DNA from: a virus
Direction: 5' to 3' (one strand)
Length of the DNA stretch: 64,000 nt
Virus record (IMG/VR): IMGVR_UViG_2814123150_000002
Location: 5,321-69,320 of that record
The notes under the pieces were generated by a model. The model saw only the letters and a list, made by a program, of their open reading frames with translations, ran no database searches and was not told the DNA's origin. How positions within the stretch are numbered: position 1 is the stretch's first letter; each line of letters opens with the position of its first letter. Both the position numbers and the translations under genes were made by a program. Below are positions 8,845-17,439 of the stretch, in pieces.

Positions 8845-8910
8845 TTTAGCTCGGTGCTAAATGTGCGCAAAGCTAAATTCCCCTTGCCTGAAAATTAGCC
8901 ATGAGCTAAA
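8845..8910. promoter_or_regulatory. OR operators (three sites)
   Basis: tttagctcggtgctaaa 8845-8861, atgtgcgcaaagctaaa 8861-8877, attagccatgagctaaa 8894-8910 between divergent cI and cro. Confidence 0.85.
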
Positions 8911-8938
8911 TTTCTGGTTATCTGTTAGGAGAATCCTC

Positions 8939-9250
8939 ATGAACGATCACCTCCGTGAATGGTTGGCCAGTGCCACCAGCGAACACCGGTGTGATGTAGC
9001 CGCAGCTGCAAAAACTACTGTCGGCCACCTCTGGCAGCTCGCAGGTGGGCACCGAAAGGCCTCCGCCGAACTTGCTGAACGACTCCAAGACGCTTCGGGT
9101 GGCGAGATCACCATCGCAGGACTGCGCCCCGACCTCATTCTCTTTGCGCGTAAGGCGCTCCAAGTGGCCCATCCGGCTACCACCGGCTCCGATGAAGAGA
9201 ATTCTGACGGTCCTGGCTTTGCGCCAGTAGATGACCGAAACACCTGCTGA
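8939..9250 (+). CDS. cro: Cro-like (YdaS-type) HTH protein
   Basis: Divergent from cI; TTVGHLWQLAGGHRKAS...LRPD motif. Confidence 0.8.
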   Translation: MNDHLREWLASATSEHRCDVAAAAKTTVGHLWQLAGGHRKASAELAERLQDASGGEITIAGLRPDLILFARKALQVAHPATTGSDEENSDGPGFAPVDDRNTC

Positions 9251-9328
9251 TCCATCCAGTACCTGAATCGCAGGCACAAAAAAACCGGGTGGCAGCCCGG
9301 CTTCTTCAACAAAACATCGAGGTCGATT

Positions 9329-10090
9329 ATGCATATAGCGATCGATGCAAGCAACACCCACGCTGCTTCGGCTGCTCCTTGCACTGAGAAGTCGCGCCGA
9401 TTGATGTCAACACGCGAAGTAGCTGAGTTGACCGGCAAGAGCCACGACAATGTATTGCGTGACGCTCGGGCCTTGGCAAAAAGGGGTGTCCTCAAATCTG
9501 AGGAGACCCCCTACGTGCACCCTCAGAATGGCCAGGCTTACCCTGAATTCCTTCTCGATCAGCGGGATGCCCTGGTGCTGGTTTCGGGGTACGACGCGTC
9601 ACTCCGGGCCAGGATCATTGATCGCTGGCAGGAGCTGGAGACCCGAATGCTGGCGCACCTGCAGGTCCCGACAAACTTCGCAGAGGCGCTGCGTCTTGCT
9701 GCCGACAAGGCTGAGGAGAACCAGCGCCTCCAGGATGCGCTCGCCAGGCAGGCCCCGAAGGTAGCAGCGATTGTGCGTTTAGCGGGTGCAGGCGGCGCCA
9801 TATGCGTCACCGATGCGGCGAAGCAGCTTCAGGTGGCGCCATTCAAGCTGTTTGGCTGGCTGGAAGAAAACCGCTGGATCTACCGGCGTCGCGGCTCCAA
9901 GCGATGGATTGCCTATCAGCCCCGGATCAGTGCGGGGCTGCTCAAGCACAAAGTGACCGGCCTCAAGCCTGATCCCGAAACAGGCAGTGACCGCGCGGCG
10001 TTCGATGTTTTGGTCACGCCGAAGGGGTTGGCACGCCTGGCAGAGCTCCTCGCAGTGCCCGCAGCTGGCCTAGGCGTAGGACGGAGCTGA
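9329..10090 (+). CDS. Rha family / KilAC antirepressor
   Basis: MSTREVAELTGKSHDNVLRD (Rha); P.NFAEALRLAAD and VTPKG (ANT C-terminus). Confidence 0.88.
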   Translation: MHIAIDASNTHAASAAPCTEKSRRLMSTREVAELTGKSHDNVLRDARALAKRGVLKSEETPYVHPQNGQAYPEFLLDQRDALVLVSGYDASLRARIIDRWQELETRMLAHLQVPTNFAEALRLAADKAEENQRLQDALARQAPKVAAIVRLAGAGGAICVTDAAKQLQVAPFKLFGWLEENRWIYRRRGSKRWIAYQPRISAGLLKHKVTGLKPDPETGSDRAAFDVLVTPKGLARLAELLAVPAAGLGVGRS

Positions 10091-10091
10091 C

Positions 10092-11063
10092 ATGCAATTC
10101 ACTGTAACCATCAACCAGGTCAAGGCCTTGGAGTGGGGACTCAACTCCCAGCAGGCGTTGCTGTTCGCATTCGTTTATGGCTGCCCGAGTTGGGCAAAGG
10201 CGATGACGACTGAGCAGGGCGTCTTCTTCGTGCTGAGCAAGGCCAAGATCATCGAAGAGCTGCCGCTGCTGACGGATAAACCCGACACGGCGTATCGCAT
10301 GCTGAAGGCCCTGCAGGACGTTGGCCTGATCGAGCTTTCGAGCACTTCGAGTGTCACGCTTTTCCGGCTGACCGACAAGGCCGCGCAGTGGAACAAAAAA
10401 GAGGATGGATCGGAAAAATATCCGACCTTGAAGGCGGGTACAGAGGGTCGGAAAAAAATCCGATCTACCTCGGAAAAAAATCCGAGCAAGGTCGGAATAA
10501 AATCCGATCCAGGGTCGGAAAAATCTCCGACAAATCAAGATACCAGTAATCAAGATACCAATCAGGATACCAGTCACAGCTTGCAGGATGCCCCGGCTGC
10601 GCCGTCGCAATCCACGTCGCTGACGCTGGTTCCAGCTGGTGCACCCCGGTGTGAAATCCCCGAGGACATGCCAGGGCCGAAGGACCAGACCTGCAAGACC
10701 TACAAGGCCTGGGCCAACTACGCCATGGCCTATCGCAAGCGCTACGGCGCCTGGCCAGTGTGGAACGCCAAGGTCGGCGGGCAACTGGGACAACTGATCG
10801 ACCGCCTGGGTATCGACGTCGCCCACCAAGTGGCCGCGTACTTCGTGTCGATCAACGACTCCAGACTGATCAACGGCTGCCACAACCTGGGCGACCTGCT
10901 CACCAAGTGTGAGGCCTACCACACCCAGTGGGTCACAAACCGGCAGATGAACGCGACCACTGCGCGCCAGCAGGAGCAGACCCAAGCAAACATCAATGCG
11001 GCCCACGATGCCGCCGATGCCATACGCAACAACCAGGGGGGTAAGCGCAATGCTTTCCTGTGA
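10092..11063 (+). CDS. Replication initiator (O-like)
   Basis: N-terminal wHTH-like region, internal iterons, position after the antirepressor. Confidence 0.8.
   Translation: MQFTVTINQVKALEWGLNSQQALLFAFVYGCPSWAKAMTTEQGVFFVLSKAKIIEELPLLTDKPDTAYRMLKALQDVGLIELSSTSSVTLFRLTDKAAQWNKKEDGSEKYPTLKAGTEGRKKIRSTSEKNPSKVGIKSDPGSEKSPTNQDTSNQDTNQDTSHSLQDAPAAPSQSTSLTLVPAGAPRCEIPEDMPGPKDQTCKTYKAWANYAMAYRKRYGAWPVWNAKVGGQLGQLIDRLGIDVAHQVAAYFVSINDSRLINGCHNLGDLLTKCEAYHTQWVTNRQMNATTARQQEQTQANINAAHDAADAIRNNQGGKRNAFL
10410..10574. repeat. Replication origin iterons: 5 x TCGGA-N6-TCCGA plus 3 x AATCA(A/G)GATACCA
   Basis: Copies at 10410, 10448, 10470, 10492, 10515. Confidence 0.85.
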
Positions 11064-11829
11064 TGACATCGCCGAGCTGGCTATGGCTATTTGCGCAACG
11101 GCTGAAGCCATGGGCCAGACCATCAGTGCCGCTGGCGCCAAACTGATCGCAGAAGACTTGTCAGCGCACGAACCCAAGGTGATTGTCGCCGCGCTGCGAG
11201 CGTGCCGTCGCGAGCCGGCAGGGCGCCTGTCATTGGGCATGGTCCTGAAGCATATCCACGCTGCCGATGGCCGGCCCGGTAAGGATGAAGCGTGGTCCAT
11301 CGCCCTGGCGGCCAATGACGAATACGAGACGGTAGTGCTCACCCACGAGGTTCGTCAGGCCATGGTGGCGTCCCAGCCGATTCTCGAAGCAGGCGACAAG
11401 ATTGGCGCCCGAATGGCTTTCATGAGCGCTTATGAGCGCTTGGTCAGCTTCGCTCGCGCTGAAGACAAGCCTGTCACCTGGGAGGTTTCTCTGGGCTTCG
11501 ATTCCGCGCGGCGCGTGACGGCCGTTGAAACCGCTGTGCGGACTCAATTGATCAGCCGTGATACGGGGGACAAGTACCTCGCCGACCTTCGCATAGCTCC
11601 GGTGACTGCTGACGGCCAGGCCATCGCAGGCCTGCTTACAGGGGCGGTGCGCACTCAGCCCAGCGCCGCGGTGCGGGAGAAGCTCGCAGAAGTCCGCTCG
11701 ATATTGACGGCTTCCAAGGCAAAGAAAGATAGCGCCCGTGCGAAAGAGGCGCAGCGGCGCCGTGTAAGCACCTACCTCCGCAAGCGCCAGGCTCGCGCCG
11801 CGTTGGCTGGGTTGGGCGTGCAGCAGTGA
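11050..11829 (+). CDS. Replication-associated protein (P/helicase-loader position)
   Basis: Coupled to the initiator; DGRPGKDEAW motif. Confidence 0.65.
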   Translation: MLSCDDIAELAMAICATAEAMGQTISAAGAKLIAEDLSAHEPKVIVAALRACRREPAGRLSLGMVLKHIHAADGRPGKDEAWSIALAANDEYETVVLTHEVRQAMVASQPILEAGDKIGARMAFMSAYERLVSFARAEDKPVTWEVSLGFDSARRVTAVETAVRTQLISRDTGDKYLADLRIAPVTADGQAIAGLLTGAVRTQPSAAVREKLAEVRSILTASKAKKDSARAKEAQRRRVSTYLRKRQARAALAGLGVQQ

Positions 11830-11957
11830 AACGAATCTGGACCGTGCACGTACCAGGCTATCGGCCGTTTTCCATGGTGCTGATGGACGGCCCCTTAGAC
11901 CAGCCCGGCGCGCTTCGCCAGGCAAGACTGATATGGCTGCATTGCGAGGTTGAATGA
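11826..11957 (+). CDS. Small hypothetical protein (43 aa)
   Basis: Read by hand; GTGA and ATGA overlaps on either side. Confidence 0.55.
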   Translation: MKRIWTVHVPGYRPFSMVLMDGPLDQPGALRQARLIWLHCEVE

Positions 11958-12253
11958 TGAGGCAAACCAAGCTGACCAAGGCCGCGCGTGGCCGCGAGTG
12001 CCAAGTGCGTATTCCAGGAGTGTGCAACGGCAACCCCGAGACTACTGTCTTGGCGCACTACCGCCTGGCGGGTACCTGTGGCGTCGGTAAAAAGCCGCAC
12101 GACATGCAGGGCGCATGGTGCTGCAGCGCTTGCCATGACGCATGCGACGGTCGAAGCCACGTGATTGACCGTATAACCGCTCGCCAATACCACGCCGAGG
12201 GCGTGATGCGAACCCAGGCGCAGCTCATCAGCGAGGGGGTATTGGTCGCATGA
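11954..12253 (+). CDS. DUF1364/YbcO-like nuclease
   Basis: ARGRECQVRIPGVCNGNPETTVLAH...CSACHD. Confidence 0.85.
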   Translation: MMRQTKLTKAARGRECQVRIPGVCNGNPETTVLAHYRLAGTCGVGKKPHDMQGAWCCSACHDACDGRSHVIDRITARQYHAEGVMRTQAQLISEGVLVA

Positions 12254-12678
12254 CTGCGTTTGCCATGCGCACGTTCAAGCCGCGCAAGCCACGCGCCAAG
12301 CCCGTCGACAGGGAAGGGCAGGAGCAGGCAGCGCTGATGCAGGAGCTGCAGCTGCGTTACCCGCAGGTGTTCAAACTGATCTATCACGTTCCGAACGGGG
12401 GGCACCGAGTGAAGGCGGTGGCCGGCAAGCTCAAAGCTCAAGGAGTCAAAGCGGGAGTGCCTGATCTTGTGCTCCCGATGGCCCGCGGTGGCTGGTTCGG
12501 ACTGTATATCGAATTCAAAGCTTTGCCGCCGTTCGATGCTGACATCTCTCCCAGTCAGCACGCTTATATTGAGGCTCTGACCGAGCAGGGCTACTTGGCG
12601 ATTGTGTGCCGGGGTCGCATTGATGCCGTAGAAGCGATACGTGCCTACCTCCTGCAGCCTGCGACGGTGGCAGCATGA
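12250..12678 (+). CDS. VRR-NUC domain nuclease
   Basis: HVPNGG...GVPDL...IEFK...Q. Confidence 0.9.
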   Translation: MTAFAMRTFKPRKPRAKPVDREGQEQAALMQELQLRYPQVFKLIYHVPNGGHRVKAVAGKLKAQGVKAGVPDLVLPMARGGWFGLYIEFKALPPFDADISPSQHAYIEALTEQGYLAIVCRGRIDAVEAIRAYLLQPATVAA

Positions 12679-13973
12679 GCGCAACGCGGTCCATCAAATT
12701 CACGGAAGCTGAGGTGCGCCGACAGGCCGCCGACCTGGCCGTGCGTGACCTGCGCGATCCGCGTTACCCGGGCCTGTACCTGCGCTTCTGGTCAGATCGA
12801 TCTAGGGGCACCTGGCACCTGGTCCGCGGCAAGCAGTGGGTGCCGGTAGCACGCTGGCCTGATCTGGGCGCTGCGACCGTAATCGCTGAGCTGCCCGCAC
12901 TGCGCCAGCGTATGCTTCGCGACCCGGCCACCGCACCAGTCGCGTCGGGCATGGCTACAGTGGGGCAGCTGCTCGATTGGTATGGTGACCGCATGGGCCG
13001 AGACCGGGCGCTGTCCGCAAAGCGCAAGGCGGGTGCACGATCGGCGATTGCGCAGCACCTGAAACCGCGCTTGGACGGTTTGGCCATAGCTGATGTGACC
13101 GCCGACAGCCTGGACAAGCAGCTGATGTGGCCGTCTCAGGCCGAGGTGTCGCTGTCGTACCTGCGCCAGATGTTCGCGTTGCTGCTGACCGCATTCAAGC
13201 AGGCAAAGCGCCTCGGGCTGGTCGTGGCCGATCCCATGGCCGGCATGCGCTTCAGCGACTTCACCAAGGCCAAGATCATGCCCAAGGCCTCTCGCCTGCG
13301 AGCGGTGCAGTTGCCTGAGGTCATGCAGCAGCTGATCCATGCCTTCGATGGAGCACCCGAGAAAGTGATGCTTGCCCTGATGATGCTGGCGCATGGTACC
13401 CGGATCGGCGAGACCCGTATGGCACGGTGGAGCGAGGTTTCGGTAACGGCCGGTGAATGGTTCATCCCTGCGGCGAACGCCAAGACCCGGACCGAACACC
13501 GTCTCCCGCTGACCGCCCAGCTATGCGCTCTGCTGACGCGCTACCGGGATATCCAGCAGGCCAATGGGTACGAAGGCGTTTACCTGTTCCCGAACCGGCG
13601 CGGCGTGTGCTTGAGCGAAGGCCAGGCCAGTGCGGTGTTCACCGAGCTTGGCCGGGGCGAGTGGACCAGCCACGACTTGCGCAAGGTATCGCGCAGCACC
13701 TGGACCGACCTCGGCATTGATGGACATATCGGCGAGATGCTGCTCAACCATTCACTGGGCAGGATCGCCAGCACCTACATCCACACCCAGGCCATGGCGC
13801 AGCGCAGGGCAGCCCTTGAGAAGTGGCATGCCTGGTTAGACGGCATCGGCTTTGGACGCATCCACGGCCTTACGGAGGCCTTATCCGAAATCCCACAGAT
13901 CCAGGCGCAGGCGGCAGCGGGCAAGGTCTGTAGCCGCCATCCCGAATTTGTTACTAGCGAGGATTTGAAATGA
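12675..13973 (+). CDS. Tyrosine recombinase with arm-binding domain
   Basis: GTRIGE, AKT, HDLRK, LNH, STY catalytic residues. Confidence 0.9.
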   Translation: MSATRSIKFTEAEVRRQAADLAVRDLRDPRYPGLYLRFWSDRSRGTWHLVRGKQWVPVARWPDLGAATVIAELPALRQRMLRDPATAPVASGMATVGQLLDWYGDRMGRDRALSAKRKAGARSAIAQHLKPRLDGLAIADVTADSLDKQLMWPSQAEVSLSYLRQMFALLLTAFKQAKRLGLVVADPMAGMRFSDFTKAKIMPKASRLRAVQLPEVMQQLIHAFDGAPEKVMLALMMLAHGTRIGETRMARWSEVSVTAGEWFIPAANAKTRTEHRLPLTAQLCALLTRYRDIQQANGYEGVYLFPNRRGVCLSEGQASAVFTELGRGEWTSHDLRKVSRSTWTDLGIDGHIGEMLLNHSLGRIASTYIHTQAMAQRRAALEKWHAWLDGIGFGRIHGLTEALSEIPQIQAQAAAGKVCSRHPEFVTSEDLK

Positions 13974-14200
13974 GTATTTCCGAGCACGTCGCACTCGGGT
14001 TTTCGTGGACCGTGACAGCGTTCAAGCCTGACGCGCCTGCTTTTGATCGGTCGAAGGTCTTCATGGTGTGCATCATCAACTTCGCCGATCACAAGCGGCT
14101 CAGTGTGAGCATGATCGGCGGCGCTCGCTTCGAGGTGGACAGTCGAACTTTCCCCTACAGCATCGAATTGGCTGCCGACTGGCTGGTAGGTAGTGAATGA
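13970..14200 (+). CDS. Hypothetical protein
   Basis: ATGA coupling on both sides. Confidence 0.6.
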   Translation: MSISEHVALGFSWTVTAFKPDAPAFDRSKVFMVCIINFADHKRLSVSMIGGARFEVDSRTFPYSIELAADWLVGSE

Positions 14201-14514
14201 AGAGAAGCCACGGGCCAGCCTTCAAGAAGGCCGTGATCGAGTTGGACGAGTGCCCTTTTTGCCGTGGGAGAGCGGTCACAAAGGGCTTGTTTCACGAACT
14301 GCCATGCGACCACTGCAACGCCTCGGGCTGGGTAGCGGCTGCAACTGGCGAGGCCCTGGCCCTGGATGAACTGGTAACCCAGCTCAGCATGAGGCTCCGG
14401 GCAGCGCTTCGGCAGGTCGAGCAGTTGAAGAGCCCTCAGGCATCCGGGCCTGAGGCGACATATCAGGGAAGCAACCAGCGCGGCGCTGGAAGCACCAACT
14501 ACACCGGCGATTGA
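14197..14514 (+). CDS. Zinc-finger hypothetical protein
   Basis: CPFCRG...CDHCNASG. Confidence 0.7.
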   Translation: MKRSHGPAFKKAVIELDECPFCRGRAVTKGLFHELPCDHCNASGWVAAATGEALALDELVTQLSMRLRAALRQVEQLKSPQASGPEATYQGSNQRGAGSTNYTGD

Positions 14515-14525
14515 GGGGGAAGGAC

Positions 14526-14867
14526 ATGAGCAATTTAGAGAAAACGGCTGAGTACCTGCTCGAGCACTGGGGTCGCTGGGTGGTGCTGGGATCAGGCGTT
14601 TCGTGCTGTGCGTCGCGGGAAAACACCATTCTCGATCCGATGATCACGGACGACGATGCGCTGTTCATTGATGGGCTGGTCGGGCGACTGAACAAACGCT
14701 ACCTCGAGTGCGGCCAGGTCATCATCAAGTACTACACCTCCCGAGACACTGCTCTCAAAGACGTGGGGAAGAAGATGGGTTTCGGCGAGGAGAAAACCAG
14801 GCAGCTGTGGAAGGCTGGTGTGGCTTGGATCGATGGTGCGCTTGATAATCGTCGCGAGGCCGCTTGA
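14526..14867 (+). CDS. Q: Late antiterminator Q
   Basis: LEHWGRW...AGVAWIDG; followed by a pR'-like promoter and terminator. Confidence 0.8.
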   Translation: MSNLEKTAEYLLEHWGRWVVLGSGVSCCASRENTILDPMITDDDALFIDGLVGRLNKRYLECGQVIIKYYTSRDTALKDVGKKMGFGEEKTRQLWKAGVAWIDGALDNRREAA

Positions 14868-14948
14868 CACCCCCGGGCTGCATCTGTAACTTTTAAGTTA
14901 CTTTGCGGTTTTTCCGCGTGAAAAGCCCGTTTTCAAGCGGGCTTTTTT
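14864..14948 (+). promoter_or_regulatory. Late promoter pR' (TTGACA-17-TAACTT) and terminator AAGCCCG..CGGGCTTTTTT
   Basis: Sigma70 spacing directly after Q. Confidence 0.7.
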
Positions 14949-14998
14949 ACAAAGGCGATTCGTGACATGCTATTTGGCCATCATTGAAGGATCACACG

Positions 14999-15463
14999 AT
15001 GCCTAATTTCGCTGAATTGCAAGTCGCGTTTATCAATGCACAGAGCCGTGAGCGTACCTACTGGAGTAATTTAGTACGAACACTCGAAAGGCTCGGCGAA
15101 GATTTCGTCAGGTATTTGGAGCTCCCATCGCCAACTTTCGTGATTGGAGAGAAAGAACGTAACTATGTCTCTATCACGCAAATCAACGATACTGGCGTCA
15201 TCAAAGCCTTCGATCACAGCGACTATGAAAAGAGAGCGCGCTCTATCCCCTTCACTATAACGGTGGCCATTCCCGACGCCCCGCGGCAAATAGTCCGCGA
15301 AGTTTCGATTGACATGACTTTGAGCGCGAACGACGGTCAACCAGGCGTATACAGCGCAGAGTTTGACGGCGGCGGTCGGTGGACTCCTTATCGCCCCGGT
15401 TCGTCTAGAGCTTTGATGGACGAAATCGCAAATGTGCTCAAGGACAAGGCTGAGTCGGTATAA
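14999..15463 (+). CDS. Moron, hypothetical protein
   Basis: Lower GC, flanked by terminators. Confidence 0.75.
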   Translation: MPNFAELQVAFINAQSRERTYWSNLVRTLERLGEDFVRYLELPSPTFVIGEKERNYVSITQINDTGVIKAFDHSDYEKRARSIPFTITVAIPDAPRQIVREVSIDMTLSANDGQPGVYSAEFDGGGRWTPYRPGSSRALMDEIANVLKDKAESV

Positions 15464-15543
15464 ACCCCGATAATTTTTTCTTCTCGGTTTTTTCGAGCCT
15501 CGGTCATTTTTGGCCGGGGCTTTTTCGTTTTCGGAGATTATAA

Positions 15544-15915
15544 ATGGACCCGACCGACCTCGGCCCAGGCACAGCCACCTGGCTGGGCGGAACGGGCACC
15601 GTACTGCTGGGCGGCTTCCTGTGGCTGCGCAAGTGGCTGTCCAGGGATGCCACTGACAGGGCGATGGATACCGCCGACATCGGAGTGGTGCGCCGCTTGA
15701 ATGAGTTGCTCGACATCGAGCGTGAGGCTCGTAAAGAAGCAGAGGCCCGCGCTGATCAGTTTGCCAAGGAGCGAAACGACCTCGCGGCTACTGTCGGCCG
15801 AATGGAGGGAAAGATCGAGGCTTTGACCACCCAGGTGGCAAGCCTGACAGAGCGGGTGACATTGCAGAGCGATGAGATCGCCCGCCTGCGCCTCAAGCTT
15901 GGAGGTACGTCGTGA
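15544..15915 (+). CDS. Holin-like membrane/coiled-coil protein
   Basis: Single N-terminal TM, first late gene. Confidence 0.55.
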   Translation: MDPTDLGPGTATWLGGTGTVLLGGFLWLRKWLSRDATDRAMDTADIGVVRRLNELLDIEREARKEAEARADQFAKERNDLAATVGRMEGKIEALTTQVASLTERVTLQSDEIARLRLKLGGTS

Positions 15916-16244
15916 TGGACAGATGCGCACTGGAGTTCATTGCTCGCCGCTGGTGGCGTCGGGCAGAGGTCTGGATCATCGCCGCTCTGCTGGTCGCCGG
16001 CGGTGCAGTCCTGGGTTGGCAATCGGCCTATTGGACCGTGGTCAGCACTCAAGCCAGCCAGGTTGCCGAGATCCGTGCAGCCTACGACGCCGCCATGGCC
16101 GAGCGTGACAAGCGCTTGGACGACCTGACCAGCAAGACCGAGAGCGCCGCTACCAAGGCATCGAAAGCTGCAATCACCGCAACCCAGGCCGCCGACAAAG
16201 CTGATGAGGCCTTGAGCCGAACCCAATCGGAGGCATGGCCATGA
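15912..16244 (+). CDS. Membrane-anchored protein (lysis-associated?)
   Basis: TM helix followed by coiled coil. Confidence 0.6.
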   Translation: MMDRCALEFIARRWWRRAEVWIIAALLVAGGAVLGWQSAYWTVVSTQASQVAEIRAAYDAAMAERDKRLDDLTSKTESAATKASKAAITATQAADKADEALSRTQSEAWP

Positions 16245-16399
16245 CTCGCATCACCGCAACGATCGTCTGCCGTCAGGCCTGGTGGCTGAAGTACTACCTT
16301 TCTGGCGTCATCATCGTGTCCCGCTTAACCGGCCGCGAGCCTGACATGGACCGCGTCTTTCGATGGATAGAGCGCGGCATTGAGGTCGAGGCACTCTGA
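16241..16399 (+). CDS. Small hypothetical protein (52 aa)
   Basis: Read by hand: MTRITATIVCRQAWWLKYY...; coupled overlaps. Confidence 0.6.
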   Translation: MTRITATIVCRQAWWLKYYLSGVIIVSRLTGREPDMDRVFRWIERGIEVEAL

Positions 16400-16737
16400 T
16401 GGCCAGGCTCAAGACGCTGGGATCGCGCATCAAGGAGAGTTCAAGCTCGCGGGTCAAGGTGGTCGCGCCTGGGAGCTGGCGTAGCGGCATGACCAGCTCC
16501 CAGCGTGGTTACGGCTACAGATGGCAGAAAGCGCGAGAGCAGTACCTCAATGAGCACCCGCTCTGCGTCTTCTGTGAGCGGAACGGCCGAACTGCTGCCG
16601 CAAAGGTCGTAGACCACATCGTTGCACACCGCGGTGACATGGTTCTTTTCTGGGATCAGACCAACTGGCAAAGCCTCTGCAAGCCTTGCCACGACTCGGT
16701 CAAGCAGGCTGAGGAGGCAGCTGGCCTGGGCGGCTGA
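16399..16737 (+). CDS. Terminase-associated HNH endonuclease
   Basis: CVFC..VVDHIVAH..NWQSLCKPCH. Confidence 0.92.
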   Translation: MARLKTLGSRIKESSSSRVKVVAPGSWRSGMTSSQRGYGYRWQKAREQYLNEHPLCVFCERNGRTAAAKVVDHIVAHRGDMVLFWDQTNWQSLCKPCHDSVKQAEEAAGLGG

Positions 16738-16739
16738 GT

Positions 16740-16893
16740 CATCCGCAGATCGTCGGAATCCATCCGAGCGGCTCAGTGACACGTCAGTGACGTGCTGCTA
16801 AGGGGTAGGGGGTGTAAAGCTAGGGATTCTCATCTAGCTAGACCGCTCCCGACCCCACGTACAGATTTTTTTCCCCCACAGGATTTTTGTTAA
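16740..16893. other. Probable cos region
   Basis: Intergenic between HNH and terS, G-tracts; positional inference. Confidence 0.5.
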
Positions 16894-17439
16894 ATGGCTT
16901 TAACATCCCGCAAGCGCGCTTTCATCGCCGCGCTAAGGGAAGGTGCGTCCAATCGGGACGCTGCTGTGGCCGCTGGCTACTCCGAGCGCACAGCGTCTGC
17001 GGCGGGCTCTCGGCTGGTCAATGACAAGGACGTGGCGGCCGAACTGATGAAGCTGCGCGCCCTGGGGCTGATGCCTCCAGATGTTAAAGGCGATGTTAAA
17101 CCGGATGTTAAAGCCAGGCCCGCCGCCAAGGCTGCCAAAGAGCCAGAACCGGGTCATGAATCGCCATCGATACCGGAGGATAACTCCGAGCCAGAACCCG
17201 CCGGCTTCGACCTGGCCCAGGCACTCCTACACCGCGATCCAAAGGACTTTCTCCTGTCGGTGATGAACGACATGGCAAGCGAGCCGAAACTGCGCGTTGA
17301 CGCGGCAAAGGCGCTGATGCCATTCGTCCATCCACGAAAAGGCGAGAGCGGTAAGAAGGACCAGGCCCAGGCTAATGCAGAGAAAGCGGCCACCGGCAAG
17401 TTCGGTACCCGCCGCGGTCCGCTGCAGTCGGTGAAATAA
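16894..17439 (+). CDS. terS: Terminase small subunit
   Basis: AAVAAGYSERTA HTH; upstream of terL. Confidence 0.85.
   Translation: MALTSRKRAFIAALREGASNRDAAVAAGYSERTASAAGSRLVNDKDVAAELMKLRALGLMPPDVKGDVKPDVKARPAAKAAKEPEPGHESPSIPEDNSEPEPAGFDLAQALLHRDPKDFLLSVMNDMASEPKLRVDAAKALMPFVHPRKGESGKKDQAQANAEKAATGKFGTRRGPLQSVK

Noticed and set aside
10410..10574. CRISPR-like array
   Set aside because: Repeats are 16 bp with mostly 6-7-bp spacers inside a coding gene, and no cas genes are present; they fit iterons.
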